DNA from: Patescibacteria group bacterium
GTDB taxonomy: Bacteria > Patescibacteriota > Patescibacteriia > UBA2591 > UBA4787
Assembly (NCBI GenBank): GCA_038063835.1
Contig: JBBTUI010000065.1
Location: 1 to 26,955, forward strand
DNA: 26,955 nt
Direction of reading: 5' to 3'
The notes below the pieces were generated by a model. It made no database searches. It was given only the letters and a program-made list of their open reading frames with translations, and was not told where the DNA came from. The stretch's first letter is position 1, and each line of letters opens with the position of its first letter. A program made the position numbers and the translations under genes. Of the stretch, positions 24,581 to 26,955 are shown in pieces.

Positions 24581-25965
24581 ATGTTTTGCCGTGGCGCCGC
24601 TTGTATTTTATCGGCGATTTCGTAAATATCGCCCGCGCCCATTATTAAAACCACGTCTCCGAAATGCTGATTTTTCTTATAAAGATTCAAGCTATCTTCT
24701 GGCGAACTGACATAAAATACCTGATTTTGTCCGTTCTTTCTAACCGCTTCCGCCAAGTCTTGCGAGCCTATATTCTGATCTTCTGAATTTTCTCTTCCTG
24801 CCACATCATAAATTTCCGCCAAAATGATTAGATCCGCTAGGGCAAAGCTTCGGCTAAAATCTTTAAATAAATTTTTAGTTCGATTATGCTGGTGAGGCTG
24901 GAAAATTACCACCAAACGACGATTGGGGAAAAAACCTTTAGCGGCTTTAATGGTTTCTCTGATGGCCGTGGGGTGGTGCGCGTAATCAGATACAACAGTA
25001 AGCGCGCGATCGTTTTTAATAATCTCAAATCTGCGCCAAATTCCTCCAAAGTTTTTTAATGTTTTTTGCATAACTTCGAAATTAATATCAAATTTCAAAG
25101 ACAAAGCAATAGCGGCCAGGGCGTTATAAATATTAAATTCGCCCGGCGCCGCTAATTCTATTTTCCCTAAATTTTCATTTTTGAAAAATAAATCAAAGCG
25201 CGTTAAGCCGATTAAAAATTCTATATTCTTAGCCATAACGTCTGCGTTATTTTTAATGCCGTAAGTAATAACGCGGCATTTTGGTTTTAATTTGGCTATA
25301 TTTTGATCATCAGTATTTAAAATTAAAAGGTCGTCGGACGGCAACTTGTCTATATACGCTTGAAAAGTGTTAATAATATGATTTGAGTCGCGATAGTAGT
25401 CTAAATGATCCGCTTCGATATTAGTTAAAACAATTACCTTCGGGAAAAGATTAAGCATGTGCGCTCGCCACTCGCAAGCTTCAACAACAAAATAATTTGA
25501 ACTTCCCAAACGAAAATTTCCTTGCCACTCTTTAACGCGGCTGCCCACGATTACCGTCGGGTCCAGATTCGCGGCTTCTAATATCAAACCAGCCAAAGCC
25601 GTGGTTGTGCTTTTGCCGTTAGTGCCGGATATGGCGATAGTAAAATAATCTTTAGAAATTTCTCCTAAAAATTCATTATAAGATAGTTCTCTGATGCCTA
25701 AAGTTTTGGCGGCTATCCTCTCCGGATTATCAACTGGCGCGGCCGAAGAATAAATAACCAAATCCAAGTCATTAAAAATATTTTCTTTCTTGTGTCCGAA
25801 AAATATTTTTATGCCCAAATTTTCCAGTTCTTGAGTAATTATGGAACTAGTTAAATCTGAACCGCTGACCTCGGTTCCTAATTTATCAAGCCAACGCGCA
25901 ACAGCAGAAACGCCGATGCCGCCGATGCCAATAATATGAACTTTTTTTAATTTATCTATGTCCAT
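24577..25965 (-). CDS. murC: UDP-N-acetylmuramate--L-alanine ligase
   Basis: HIIGIGGIGVS, GTNGKSTT, VEACE, NIEADHLDYY, RRFE, DYAHHPT, FQPHQ. Confidence 0.95.
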   Translation of the reverse strand: MDIDKLKKVHIIGIGGIGVSAVARWLDKLGTEVSGSDLTSSIITQELENLGIKIFFGHKKENIFNDLDLVIYSSAAPVDNPERIAAKTLGIRELSYNEFLGEISKDYFTIAISGTNGKSTTTALAGLILEAANLDPTVIVGSRVKEWQGNFRLGSSNYFVVEACEWRAHMLNLFPKVIVLTNIEADHLDYYRDSNHIINTFQAYIDKLPSDDLLILNTDDQNIAKLKPKCRVITYGIKNNADVMAKNIEFLIGLTRFDLFFKNENLGKIELAAPGEFNIYNALAAIALSLKFDINFEVMQKTLKNFGGIWRRFEIIKNDRALTVVSDYAHHPTAIRETIKAAKGFFPNRRLVVIFQPHQHNRTKNLFKDFSRSFALADLIILAEIYDVAGRENSEDQNIGSQDLAEAVRKNGQNQVFYVSSPEDSLNLYKKNQHFGDVVLIMGAGDIYEIADKIQAAPRQNI

Positions 25966-25966
25966 C

Positions 25967-26117
25967 CCAGGTAGTAGAAATTCGATGCTCCGCCAGTTGG
26001 CGGATTAAGGTGCGGTTATTAAGAAATGCGCTGAGAGCAAAAAATTGGTTATTTTATTAATATTGAGACCAAATAGCAAGCCAAAGAGAAAAGCACTATC
26101 GAATTTTCACTACCTGG
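25967..26117. mobile_element. MITE-like element, family 2, copy B (151 bp), containing a REP-like palindrome
   Basis: TIRs ccaggtagtagaaattcgat / atcgaattttcactacctgg. The reverse complement aligns end-to-end with 12568-12705, plus a palindrome insertion at 25989-26004. Confidence 0.72.
25989..26004. repeat. REP-like palindrome TCCGCCAGTTGGCGGA
   Basis: Its reverse complement is identical to the copy at 13226-13241. Confidence 0.85.
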
Positions 26118-26167
26118 CATAGTTTAAATCTATCATAAATTTATAATCTGCGCTAATTCTAAAAACT

Positions 26168-26198
26168 AAAAATAAAAGCTGGCGATATGCCAGCCTTT
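26168..26198 (-). terminator. Intrinsic terminator
   Basis: gctggc-N5-gccagc stem followed on the minus strand by ttttattttt. Confidence 0.65.
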
Positions 26199-26230
26199 AT
26201 CTATATATTGGTGAAATGTTTTTATTATTT

Positions 26231-26728
26231 TTACAAGGCAATGTCTGTGCCTTGCGATTCATTGTTCGTTTCTGTAACGCCGCAACTCTTGCGATCTGTC
26301 TTAAATTGCCGCCAAACAGCTTTAATCTCGCCGACATAAACCTTTTGAGCTCCCAATTTAGCCGCGCGAAAAGCTTTCCAAGCCGCTAATCTAGCCGCGA
26401 GTCTTTCCTTAATTGTGGTTTTATCCCATGCTTCTTTCAAAGCGGTTTTCCTGGTTGTTAAAGCGGTTTTAATAGCCGCGGTCTTTTTATCATAAGCAGC
26501 AATAACCGCCGACTCTCTTTTTTCAACAGCGCTCTTAACGCAGGCTATGTCCAGCTGTGGCTTATTGGCCGAAAGTGTTCCTATGCCCATGCGCGCTTTT
26601 AGTACTTTCTTAATTCCTACGCCGGGATTTTGCAGAGCATTGGGAGTGGTGGTTTGGGCAATTACTACTTGCGCCACGGTTAAAACCAAAACCGCGGACA
26701 GAACAATAACGAAAATTTTCTTTTTCAT
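26231..26728 (-). CDS. Hypothetical secreted, basic, alpha-helical protein
   Basis: Signal peptide MKKKIFVIVLSAVLVLTVAQVVIA, Ala/Lys-rich helical body, two Cys. Confidence 0.75.
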   Translation of the reverse strand: MKKKIFVIVLSAVLVLTVAQVVIAQTTTPNALQNPGVGIKKVLKARMGIGTLSANKPQLDIACVKSAVEKRESAVIAAYDKKTAAIKTALTTRKTALKEAWDKTTIKERLAARLAAWKAFRAAKLGAQKVYVGEIKAVWRQFKTDRKSCGVTETNNESQGTDIAL

Positions 26729-26860
26729 GTGTTCTAATTATTAAATTAAATCTTTTTATAATATTGACTCATTATAATAATACAAAAAATTATGAACTTT
26801 GTCTACGTCTATACTTCCCATCGCGCCCTCGTTTTCATCGCCACCGAATCGGTCGGGGAA

Positions 26861-26876
26861 TCTGCCGATTGGCGGA
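26861..26876. repeat. Degenerate REP-like palindrome TCTGCCGATTGGCGGA
   Basis: 14/16 match to the 5693 copy. Confidence 0.55.
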
Positions 26877-26955
26877 CGGAAAGTTTAATTTTGGTGTATT
26901 TATTGTACCAAACTCGCACCTATTTCCAAAACAAAGTGAGGTAATGACTTCGCAC

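Noticed and set aside
22655-26744. Plus-strand ORFs antisense to rny and the secreted protein, including the Ser/Cys-rich 23385..23789
   Set aside because: Their composition is the reverse-complement signature of the Glu/Lys-rich coiled coil or of the sense gene.
1-26955. Alternative genetic code (UGA recoded, as in Gracilibacteria/Absconditabacteria)
   Set aside because: Conserved genes translate fully under code 11, and TGA serves as the stop for rnpA and murC.

Overview
AT-rich bacterial chromosomal window, read with genetic code 11. The gene set and style suggest a Patescibacteria/CPR (Parcubacteria-like) genome; this is inference. Most genes are on the minus strand and are housekeeping or envelope genes: a partial GT2, cca, GT4, secF-secD, murA, gtrA-like, S8 protease-mltG-Clp ATPase, yidC-rnpA-rpmH-ymdB-rny-clpP and murC. 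A short plus-strand block holds a PEGA protein, a SemiSWEET transporter and an orphan membrane protein. No tRNA, rRNA, CRISPR array, transposase or integrase was found. The most unusual signals are intergenic. First, five 114-151 bp elements with terminal inverted repeats fall into related families. Second, a 16-bp REP-like palindrome (TCCGCCANNTGGCGGA) is present in one copy and absent from the paralogous copy in three separate element pairs. Third, a two-copy hairpin element has different stem sequences that both pair perfectly. Fourth, 7-nt-period microsatellites fill many spacers. Unusual proteins include a GC-rich [wHTH-metallophosphoesterase]x2 protein with a degenerate first domain, a SecD carrying an apparently circularly permuted parvulin domain, and a Zn-finger/transmembrane Clp ATPase with a degenerate first AAA+ ring. 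All assignments come from reading motifs by eye; no database searches were run.
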